A stretch of 64,000 nucleotides of DNA from Candidatus Cloacimonadales bacterium (GTDB lineage Bacteria > Cloacimonadota > Cloacimonadia > Cloacimonadales > JAFGVF01), in assembly GCA_963677495.2 (NCBI GenBank), contig CAXXOU010000001.1:480001-544000 (forward strand). Reading direction: 5' to 3'. The notes under the pieces are model-generated. The model was not told the DNA's origin, did no database searches, and saw only the letters and a program-made list of their open reading frames with translations. Of the stretch, positions 9,025 through 17,006 are shown in pieces. The position numbers and the translations under genes were made by a program. How positions within the stretch are numbered: the stretch's first letter is position 1; the number at the start of each line of letters is the position of its first letter.

Positions 9025-10827
9025 ATGAGTTTAAAAGATGTAATATCTCCATTATACGTTTGGAAAAGAGCTTTCGAAAAACCATATTCAATAAAAACAC
9101 TTAAAGAACCGAGACCCGGTGCTGACCGCTACAGGGGTTTTCATAAAAATGACTTAGAGAAATGTATTGGATGCGGTTCCTGCGCTGAGATATGTCAGAA
9201 TGTCTCAATCGAGATGCGTCCGGTTTCTGAGACCAAACATGGTGACAGTGGCTTACGACCTAAGATTGATTATGGTCGTTGTTGCTGGTGCGCGCTTTGT
9301 GTGGATATATGTCCTTCAGGCTCATTAACTATGTCTAATGAATATATCTGGGTTGAAGAGGGTTTGGATAAGGATACGAGAGAAACCTATTGCTATATCC
9401 CGGGAAAAGACAAAAAACCTTGGGATGATAATGAGCAAGGTTATCAAAGACCAAAAGGTTATGAACTAACCAATCTTAAGCGAGTAGAGATGGAACAACT
9501 TCCGGCTGAGGAACGTGTGAAATCTTTCATTGAGATGGTTAAAGGTTTCTCAAAAGAACAGGCTAAGAAGGAAGCTGATCGTTGTATCGAATGCGGTGTA
9601 TGTACTGCTACTTGTCCCGGCCATATGGATATTCCGGGTTACATTCGTGCAATTAGAGAGGATAACCTCGAAGAGGGTTTCAGGATTATCTACGAAACTA
9701 ATCCGTTACCCGGTGTTTGCGGACGTATCTGTACAAGAAAATGTGAAGAGGTTTGTTCGTTATCTCTTAGAGGAGAAGCAGTCTCTATCCGTTGGCTTAA
9801 ACGCTATATTATCGATAGTGTTGAATCCATTGAATACAAGGAAATACTTTCTGATACTGTTCAACCTACAGGTAAGAAGATAGCTATTGTGGGTGCAGGT
9901 CCCGGTGGGCTTAGTGCTGCATACTATCTCCTTAGGATGGGACATGAAGTGGAAATCTTCGAGAAAGACAACGGTGCAGGTGGTATGCTTCGATACGGTA
10001 TCCCTGAATATCGTTTACCGTATGAGATGCTTGATAAAGATATAAACTTTATCACAGAACTCGGGGCAAAGCTTAATCTTGGTGTTCAGGTCGGTAAAGA
10101 TGTCAGCTTCGATAAACTCTATAAAGAGAATGATGCTATCTTTGCCAGTATCGGACTCTCTGACTCATATAACATGGGGCTGGAAGGTGAAGACCTACCA
10201 GGTGTTACAACAGGCTTAGCTGTTCTTAGAGCTGTGACAGAAGGTAAAGACCCTGAGCTTGGAAACAATGTTGTTGTAATTGGTGGTGGTAATGTTGCCA
10301 TGGACGCAGCGCGTACTGCAAAGCATATGGGCTGTGATGTGACTGTTCTTTATAGAAGAAGACTGGAAGATATGCCGGCTGATAAGGAAGAAATACATGA
10401 AGCAATGGAAGAGGGAGTTGTCTTCCAATTCCAGGGAATCCCACTCAAGATAGAGCAAGCAGGCGATAAACTCGACTTCATCTGGGGTGAAGCTGAAATG
10501 GTTGATAAAGGTGACGGTAAACGTCCTTCTCCTGTTCTCATTGAGGGCAGTAGAAACGTTATCCACGCTACTAAAGTTGTTGCAGCTATCGGTCAGGAAG
10601 CTAACTACGAATGGCTTGATGGAGAAACAACGAAAGAGGTTAAGCTCGGAAAACGTAAGATCGAAGCTGACAGATGGGGTAAGACTGATGACCCTAAGAT
10701 TTATATTGGTGGAGATATGTTCAATCGTACTGCTGATGCCATCAGTGCTATCGCCGATGGACATCGCTCTGCTCGCGCTATCGATAGCTTCTTAAGTGGA
10801 GAAGAGTTCCCTAAGAATAGATTTTAA
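9025..10827 (+). CDS. NuoI-like 2x[4Fe-4S] domain fused to GltD/NfnB-like FAD/NADPH oxidoreductase (MbxN-GltD fusion)
   Basis: YRGFH, CIGCGSCAEIC, CCWCALCVDICP, then EADRCIEC..CP, CGRIC, GAGPGG (FAD), GGGNVAMD..LYRR (NADPH-type fold). Confidence 0.92.
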   Translation: MSLKDVISPLYVWKRAFEKPYSIKTLKEPRPGADRYRGFHKNDLEKCIGCGSCAEICQNVSIEMRPVSETKHGDSGLRPKIDYGRCCWCALCVDICPSGSLTMSNEYIWVEEGLDKDTRETYCYIPGKDKKPWDDNEQGYQRPKGYELTNLKRVEMEQLPAEERVKSFIEMVKGFSKEQAKKEADRCIECGVCTATCPGHMDIPGYIRAIREDNLEEGFRIIYETNPLPGVCGRICTRKCEEVCSLSLRGEAVSIRWLKRYIIDSVESIEYKEILSDTVQPTGKKIAIVGAGPGGLSAAYYLLRMGHEVEIFEKDNGAGGMLRYGIPEYRLPYEMLDKDINFITELGAKLNLGVQVGKDVSFDKLYKENDAIFASIGLSDSYNMGLEGEDLPGVTTGLAVLRAVTEGKDPELGNNVVVIGGGNVAMDAARTAKHMGCDVTVLYRRRLEDMPADKEEIHEAMEEGVVFQFQGIPLKIEQAGDKLDFIWGEAEMVDKGDGKRPSPVLIEGSRNVIHATKVVAAIGQEANYEWLDGETTKEVKLGKRKIEADRWGKTDDPKIYIGGDMFNRTADAISAIADGHRSARAIDSFLSGEEFPKNRF

Positions 10828-10836
10828 TTATTAACC

Positions 10837-10870
10837 GGGTGCGCGGACATCCTGTCCGCTCTCCCTTTTT
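10837..10870 (+). repeat. REP-like hairpin GGGTGCGCGGACA-TCC-TGTCCGCTCTCCC with T-run; may act as terminator
   Basis: Imperfect palindrome 10 bp after operon stop; related copies at ~43902-43924 (+) and ~49838-49859 (-). Confidence 0.6.
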
Positions 10871-10874
10871 CTTT

Positions 10875-10908
10875 ATCTTCTGAATGGTTGTAAACCTTCA
10901 GAATGGTG
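10875..10908. repeat. Bulged-hairpin repeat, module C variant (ATCTTCTGAATGGT-TGTAA-ACCTTCAGAATGGT)
   Basis: Same ACCTTNNNAATGGT x2 layout as at 42427 and in the 43.1-43.7 kb array. Confidence 0.65.
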
Positions 10909-10928
10909 AGATATTTATTTACTTTTGT

Positions 10929-10954
10929 AAACGGACAGTCCTGTCCGTTTTTTT
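10929..10954 (+). terminator. Intrinsic terminator of the Mbx operon
   Basis: AAACGGACAG-TC-CTGTCCGTTT followed by T-run. Confidence 0.75.
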
Positions 10955-10976
10955 AATGCTAATAATTCCACCATCC

Positions 10977-11108
10977 CCCCCATTCAATAGCAATTACTCG
11001 AAAGTATCTCAGTTATCCACAACATGTGACTAACTTACTATTTTGAGTAAGAGAGTAGTAAGGGAAAAGTAAGTGAGAAGTAAGAGTGATGTTAGTATTG
11101 AATGGGGG
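10977..11108. other. IR-bounded element with inverted DnaA-box pair and four 11-bp-phased AGTAAG motifs
   Basis: Perfect 13-bp IR CCCCCATTCAATA (10977-10989)/TATTGAATGGGGG (11096-11108); AGTTATCCACA-ACA-TGTGACTAACT (11011-11035); AGTAAG at 11046, 11057, 11068, 11079. Confidence 0.6.
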
Positions 11109-11149
11109 TGGGAAGTGGCATAAGACTTTGCCTGATGTCGTACAAATAA

Positions 11150-11230
11150 CCATGGATGAACCACGGGTAATCCACGCACAAACCACGCAAGTCGCGGTCA
11201 AACCATGGATTACCCGTGGTCAACCCGTGG
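11150..11230. repeat. Inverted 4+4 array of 11-bp-phased CCAYG / CGTGG-like boxes
   Basis: Left boxes 11150, 11161, 11172, 11183; right boxes 11192, 11203, 11214, 11225. Confidence 0.75.
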
Positions 11231-11328
11231 TAAAGTCAAGCTTTGAAAAACGGCAGTTTTGATAATAACGGATATTATTCAACCAATTATTACATGGTTG
11301 CATTATTATGAGATTTGTGGCTTCCAAT

Positions 11329-11355
11329 AAAAAAAGGGCACAGAGAACTGTGCCC
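11329..11355 (-). terminator. Intrinsic terminator of the minus-strand surface-protein gene
   Basis: GGGCACAG-AGAA-CTGTGCCC preceded on + strand by an A-run (U-tract on -). Confidence 0.8.
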
Positions 11356-11373
11356 ATAAATCTAACGAAAAGA

Positions 11374-14169
11374 TTATCTTAGATATCTATCAACAAGACT
11401 TTTCCATGTTGTTCCAGTTGGGGCAATAGCAGCCTGAGATCTTACTGTCCCATATTGTCCTTCATAATCACGGATTGCGATTACTTGATAGAACATCTGG
11501 TCAGCAAACCAATCTACACCAGTGTGGACATGATTTAAGTTTGTTGTGACAGCTAAATGAAGATACTCACTTGGGGCGTCTGCAGGGTCATCACTGTAAT
11601 TGATTACATAGAAATCAATATCAACATGGATACCATGTTCAGTTTGAGTAATGCTGTCCCAACTTATCGTAGCATCTCCATCCGTAACTACAACGGCAAC
11701 ATTTGTCGGTGCCGGGATTGCATCATATTCAGAGCTACCTGATAAGTTAATCTCAATAACTGGATTATTTGTGGAGTTATTCACAATAAACAGAGTTCCA
11801 CTGTGGTTAGCCTCATTGCTTGGCTCAAAGTTCATAAATATCGAATTTGTAGTACCAGGAGCAATATCCCCACCAAGGTTGTCATAATTATGTGAAAATG
11901 CACCGGAGCTACCGTTCTCATAATATATATCAGTTATCATTAAGTCAACATTACCATCATTTTGCACAATGATTTCAGATGTGTCGTCCTGACCAAAGTA
12001 GAGTAAGCCAAAATCAATAGCTGATGATGTTGTAAGTGTTAAGGTCATTACAGGAGGACCAGGTTCCGTAACATAAATATCTCTTGATAAAGTTCTACCG
12101 GTAACATCACAATTATAAGTACCTATGTAATCACCGGAAACAGGGACATTCCAATCAAGCTGAGCTGTTGTCTCACCTGCGAAGTTCGGACTATCTAGGA
12201 CTGATCCATTTTTATACCATTGATAAGTTGTACCTGATAGATCAGAGTTGAATTTTACATCTCCTGTAAGATAGTTACTGTTGTGAAGGGCGACAGTTTG
12301 GTCAGACGTACCATCCATAATTGTTCTGCTATTACTCCAAGTACCGTCATTGCTGATATCACCTTTTATAATAACTTCAAGGAAGCTTCTTGTAGAGTAG
12401 TCGGCAATTGAACCATTATTTATTATATCACCATCAACTGTGAGAGAGTAGAACATCCATGACCTGTATGTATTACGCAAAGCTCCGGTAAGCACAGTTG
12501 TTCCGGTGAAGACATTGTTATCTCCGTTAATACGACATACACCCTGAAACTCAGCATTTTCAACGGTTGTATTCTGCATATAAGCATTATTAATCATGTT
12601 GATAACAGAGTCATTTGCTTCTATGAAAGCTTCATTTATATAGCCGTCATTGATTGTAAGTGTGTAGTCAGGTTGTAGAACCAAAGTGTTATTATTGAAA
12701 TTTATAGTTGAATTTACGAGTTCAACATCAGAATAGAAATAGACGTTACCTACTGATGCAGCAGCATTGAAGTATGCCTGCTGGAGAGGACTTGTACCAT
12801 TAACCGTAAAGAGTTGGTCGGTTCCTTGTAGTTCAACATTATGAACAGTCCAAGTACCATTATTGACTATCGTAATATCGTTAGGAAGATTAATCGAAAG
12901 GAGCTCGTTTCCTCTGTTGCTGATAGTACCGTTATTTATAATATCGCCATAAATAGTTGTAGTACAGTGGTCATATGTATTAAAACCACCATATAAAGCA
13001 CCAGTCACAGTAGTAGTGCCATTGAAAGTAACATCATCACCATTTATAAGGCAGGCACCATGAATATTTACATCATAGAAATCAATATTTCCAACTGTTG
13101 TACTATTTGTGAGATTAACTATAGCTCCACTTGAGTATATAGATCCGTTAGAGATAGAACCACTATCTAAATTAAGAGTAGTTCCTGAAGGAAGTAGTAT
13201 ATCATCTCCCTGAAGGTAGATGTTAGTATTGCTTAAGTTAATACCTGTATCAAAGATTAAATCATGACCATTGCCACTACAATACAATGAAGGTGTACTA
13301 ATGGGCTGTGTGCCTGAATAGATAAAATGTTGATCCATTGTACCTGTAAAATAAGTCCCACTACCGTTCCAACTACCGTTGTTAATAACTTCAACATCAC
13401 CCGGAATGTTGAATAATATTACTTCATTCCCTGAATTGCTGATCGTACCATTGTTGATGAATGTACCTGTTATGGAAGGTCTAACACTATCATAATAGTT
13501 ATTGCCTGGGGTGAGTGATCCGGTTATTGTAGTTGTACCAGAGAACAGGCTATTATCACCTTCAATTCTGCATGTACCTCTAAGTTCAAGGTCCTGAGCA
13601 TGGCATTCAGCTATTCGTGAAGAGTTTGTCATCTCTATTGCAGCTCCGTTACCACCAATTATATGAGCATGGTCAATTCCACTTTGATCGAAGAAAAGGT
13701 CATAACCGTTTGAAAGATCAAGTGTACCATTTTGCCAGTTTAAAGATGCACCACTGAAATAAAGGTCACTCATCGCTACGATATAAGAACCATTACTATT
13801 TACAATACCAGTTTCGATTGCGTTACCATTAGGGCATGAAATACTCTGTGCACCGGAACTCGTTAGATAGATTCCATTACAGTTCCAAACACCATAGTTA
13901 GTGACTGTACTGTTAGTATAAATATAGAGAGAGCCTCCGGAACTGTTCGTAATAATTGAACCTTCGTTTGTTACACTTCCATTAACTGTTAAAACTACAT
14001 AATCATTCCAGTTTAAGTTTGTAACTGTTGCTCCGGGATGGATATGTAAGTTTTCATCAATTGTTGTGTCAACTTCTAGTGCCCATGTTCCATAAATGTC
14101 TAAAGCTCCTAATGAAACAATAGCATTAAGAAGTAGTGCAATAAATACAAATATACATTTCGTTTTCAT
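11374..14169 (-). CDS. Secreted Asn/Gly/Thr-rich beta-solenoid-like protein with Ig-like/choice-of-anchor-D-like domain and FN3-like C-terminus
   Basis: Signal peptide MKTKCIFVFIALLLNAIVSLGA (start 14169, GGGGGA RBS); about three repeats of F.GTTT.TG.L...I.G.IINNG.I; IDFGLLY...IVQNDGNVDLMITDI. Confidence 0.75.
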   Translation of the reverse strand: MKTKCIFVFIALLLNAIVSLGALDIYGTWALEVDTTIDENLHIHPGATVTNLNWNDYVVLTVNGSVTNEGSIITNSSGGSLYIYTNSTVTNYGVWNCNGIYLTSSGAQSISCPNGNAIETGIVNSNGSYIVAMSDLYFSGASLNWQNGTLDLSNGYDLFFDQSGIDHAHIIGGNGAAIEMTNSSRIAECHAQDLELRGTCRIEGDNSLFSGTTTITGSLTPGNNYYDSVRPSITGTFINNGTISNSGNEVILFNIPGDVEVINNGSWNGSGTYFTGTMDQHFIYSGTQPISTPSLYCSGNGHDLIFDTGINLSNTNIYLQGDDILLPSGTTLNLDSGSISNGSIYSSGAIVNLTNSTTVGNIDFYDVNIHGACLINGDDVTFNGTTTVTGALYGGFNTYDHCTTTIYGDIINNGTISNRGNELLSINLPNDITIVNNGTWTVHNVELQGTDQLFTVNGTSPLQQAYFNAAASVGNVYFYSDVELVNSTINFNNNTLVLQPDYTLTINDGYINEAFIEANDSVINMINNAYMQNTTVENAEFQGVCRINGDNNVFTGTTVLTGALRNTYRSWMFYSLTVDGDIINNGSIADYSTRSFLEVIIKGDISNDGTWSNSRTIMDGTSDQTVALHNSNYLTGDVKFNSDLSGTTYQWYKNGSVLDSPNFAGETTAQLDWNVPVSGDYIGTYNCDVTGRTLSRDIYVTEPGPPVMTLTLTTSSAIDFGLLYFGQDDTSEIIVQNDGNVDLMITDIYYENGSSGAFSHNYDNLGGDIAPGTTNSIFMNFEPSNEANHSGTLFIVNNSTNNPVIEINLSGSSEYDAIPAPTNVAVVVTDGDATISWDSITQTEHGIHVDIDFYVINYSDDPADAPSEYLHLAVTTNLNHVHTGVDWFADQMFYQVIAIRDYEGQYGTVRSQAAIAPTGTTWKSLVDRYLR

Positions 14170-14372
14170 TATTCCCCCTTGCAGACTTAATTCCATTCTA
14201 TAAAGACTACCAACATCTATATGATTGTAATTCATTATTGTCAAAACAATTCTTGGAAGAAAGGTGCTTTAAAATCATGTGAAGGATTGAAGAATAGTAT
14301 TAAATCGCATTAATCTCTTGACGTCGAATTAGTTTAGTCACAATAAAGAGAAAACAAATGAAGTAGGGATGA

Positions 14373-15107
14373 ATGAAAGCATTACTAACTTTTATTGGGA
14401 ATCATGACCCTTTTGCAGATGGCAAAGCTCAGCTTGGTCCAATTCTGTCTATTCTTGAAAAGCGTAAGTTCGATAAGCTTTATCTGCTATTTAACAATGA
14501 TAGGTATTGGGATGCAGTGTTTAAAACTCAAGAGATATGTAATCAGAAGTATCCTCAGATGAAAGTGGAAATGCGACTAACTGAAGCAGTGAATCCTATC
14601 AATTATAACCTTGTTTATCCTGCTATGTATAATGTTGTGCAGAGAATTGTGAAAGAGAATAAAGGGATGAAATACACTATCTCAATCACTTCCGGTACCC
14701 CTACTATGCACTCCTGCTGGATACTGCTTGTGCAGGGAGGTGTGATAAATGCTGAGATTTTGCAAGTTTCCAGAGAAAACGGGATTGAAAAAGTAACATT
14801 TGATCTTGATGATTTCCCTAATATTGCTGAGACTCCCGAGACGAAGGTAGAACTTACCCGACTTGCCCGTGAAAATGCTGAACTAAAGAAGTTTCTTAAT
14901 CCGGAGTATAGTATTCATAATGGATTCTACATTCCACCTGAAGGGCTTAAGCTTGATAATGAGATTGTCCCCGCCTATTATATCGGTGCTTTGAAAGCAA
15001 CAAAAGGTAACGCAACCAAAGCTGCAAAGCTCTTAGGTTTGGAACCCCATACCCTCAGAAAACGGCTTCGTGGGCTCGGTATAAATATTGCAGACTATAA
15101 AGAATAG
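14373..15107 (+). CDS. RtcR/CARF-like N-terminal domain + Fis-type HTH regulator with no AAA+ domain
   Basis: ALLTFIGNHDPF, SITSGTPTMH (CARF/RtcR-like), ALKATKGNATKAAKLLGL..HTLRKRL (Fis HTH); no Walker A or GAFTGA. Confidence 0.7.
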   Translation: MKALLTFIGNHDPFADGKAQLGPILSILEKRKFDKLYLLFNNDRYWDAVFKTQEICNQKYPQMKVEMRLTEAVNPINYNLVYPAMYNVVQRIVKENKGMKYTISITSGTPTMHSCWILLVQGGVINAEILQVSRENGIEKVTFDLDDFPNIAETPETKVELTRLARENAELKKFLNPEYSIHNGFYIPPEGLKLDNEIVPAYYIGALKATKGNATKAAKLLGLEPHTLRKRLRGLGINIADYKE

Positions 15108-15311
15108 TAACGAATGTTACGGCAATATTGTATTAAAGAATTATTAATGAATATTGTAACAGATTGATAGATAAGTTTATAGAGTGATAAGGCAAAATTT
15201 GAGTGGACAGTTGTAAGAAAATAGATACAATCATTTCTGTAGTCAGATGAAGTTATCTTGATGAATGAGGGTAGCTATGAAACGAAACTCAGAATGATAT
15301 GTGAGGTTAGA

Positions 15312-17006
15312 ATGAATAAGAAAATAGATGATAGAAAATATGATAGGGTTGAGAAGAATGAAAATGATGTTGTTTCTGAGGCTGAAGCTTACTATAAGAG
15401 ATCTCAAGACAAGTCATTGTCTAATCCTGAACAAATTGAATTCCTGACTAAGGCAATTGAACTTGATGGAAACAATTTGAAATATATGCTTACAAGAGCT
15501 ATTACTTATAAAGATTCAAGTAACTTTGCTAAGGCATTGGATGACTTTGCGTCTATTTTACACACAGAAGAAGAGTCATGGGTAAGGGAACTTGCTCATG
15601 CCCAGAGAGTAACGATCTTCAAAGATAATCTGAAAGATTATAAAAATGCAGTCGTTGAGCTAACTAATGCTATTGAACTGGAACCTAATAAAGAGCGTGG
15701 TTATACACATAGAGCTGAGTTCTATCGAGATTTTGAAAAGAACTATAATAAGGCATTAACCGATTATGATAGAGCGATAGAACTATCCCCTGATGCTGCT
15801 GATTTATATTATACTAGAGGAAAGCTTTATGAAGAGAATCTCAATGATAAAGTTAATGCATTCAAGGATTATTGTAAAGCTATTGTTATTGATTCAGAAT
15901 GGGCAAGCACATGTATAGATTTTATGTACGAAAACTCAGAACTAATATCAATTATTGATAAAGAACAAGCATATATTTTTTGTAAACAAGTACAGAAAGC
16001 TATTAACTATTATGATGCTGATTTAACTTACAAGTTACTACCATTTCTACAGTTTCAGATAGAGTATCATGAAACAAAAAATGAGTTCAAGGAAGCAATA
16101 GATATTCTAACGTGTATAGAAGATGGCTACCATTTTGGTGAAGATTCAGGCTACTTCATTGATTGGACATGTGAATTGCAAGACAAACTTAGAGAGCAAG
16201 AAGTAGAGAAAGCCAAACTTGAAGAGAAAGATAGGATAATGTTTAATCTTTCTCACACAATTAAGAATATTTTAGGTACAATCATAGATCCCTTAAAGAA
16301 CATGAAGGCAGATAAGGAGTATGAAGAGGTTACTATTGATGATGCCTTACGAGGGACACAGATTATAAGAGGGATTGTGAATGCAATGAGTTTAGGATTC
16401 TCAGGTTCAATTGATGATTTCAAGTATGATGTTAAGAACTCAAATGAAAGTTCTAAATCTCTGTATGACTTGATACTTGACTCATTTAAATACTCTGTTG
16501 GTGCTATGTTCGATGATAAATACTTTGGTAAGTTTTCAGAAAACTACTTTGAAACCGATGAAGCATTATTCAAAGCAGAAGGAGAATGGAATCATACTTC
16601 TAATACAAACAACCTAAATAGATTAGTTGATTTTGTGAATAAGCATATGTTTGATATTGAGATAAATATAGATAGTGCGAAAGAATTAGTTTTAGGCGAT
16701 GATAAGGGGTCTGCTTTGAGGATGCTTATTATGTTTCAGGAAATAATTCTCAATGCAGTAAAATATGCATCACCAGTTAAAAGAGACAATAGAAAAGTGT
16801 TTATCAGTCTTATCCGTACAGATAAAAGTGTTGTCTTTGAGGTAAAGAATAGCTTTAAAGCTAAATCAAGAATGAAAACAACCGGATTAGGAAAAGAAAT
16901 AGTTAAGAACTTTGCTAAACTCTTAGAAACTGAACCTTGCATTAAGATGGATGATTATTATTACTCAGTAAAGATAGAGTTTAACAACTTCTGGAGGAAG
17001 AAATGA
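15312..17006 (+). CDS. TPR-repeat soluble histidine-kinase-like protein (degenerate HATPase)
   Basis: TPR repeats (KAIELD, NAIELEP, RAIELSP); H-box LSHTIKNIL; N-box EIILNAVKY; TGLG; ATG 15312 follows GAGGT (ORF track 15258). Confidence 0.72.
   Translation: MNKKIDDRKYDRVEKNENDVVSEAEAYYKRSQDKSLSNPEQIEFLTKAIELDGNNLKYMLTRAITYKDSSNFAKALDDFASILHTEEESWVRELAHAQRVTIFKDNLKDYKNAVVELTNAIELEPNKERGYTHRAEFYRDFEKNYNKALTDYDRAIELSPDAADLYYTRGKLYEENLNDKVNAFKDYCKAIVIDSEWASTCIDFMYENSELISIIDKEQAYIFCKQVQKAINYYDADLTYKLLPFLQFQIEYHETKNEFKEAIDILTCIEDGYHFGEDSGYFIDWTCELQDKLREQEVEKAKLEEKDRIMFNLSHTIKNILGTIIDPLKNMKADKEYEEVTIDDALRGTQIIRGIVNAMSLGFSGSIDDFKYDVKNSNESSKSLYDLILDSFKYSVGAMFDDKYFGKFSENYFETDEALFKAEGEWNHTSNTNNLNRLVDFVNKHMFDIEINIDSAKELVLGDDKGSALRMLIMFQEIILNAVKYASPVKRDNRKVFISLIRTDKSVVFEVKNSFKAKSRMKTTGLGKEIVKNFAKLLETEPCIKMDDYYYSVKIEFNNFWRKK

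Noticed and set aside
10216..10764. 182-aa antisense ORF and the many other 60-130 aa shadow ORFs
   Set aside because: They lie within well-supported genes on the opposite strand or another frame, with no motifs
219..10827. NiFe hydrogenase (Mbh) or canonical complex I
   Set aside because: Large subunit lacks the RxCxxC/DPCxxC ligand set; Mrp-type subunits are present and NuoA/E/F/G are absent
10977..11230. Chromosomal oriC
   Set aside because: Only one DnaA-box pair, no dnaA/dnaN/gidA context and no clear unwinding element; kept as an unexplained element instead
15108..15311. Sigma54 promoter downstream of the RtcR-like gene
   Set aside because: GGCA cores at ~15121 and ~15191 lack a correctly spaced TTGC -12 element
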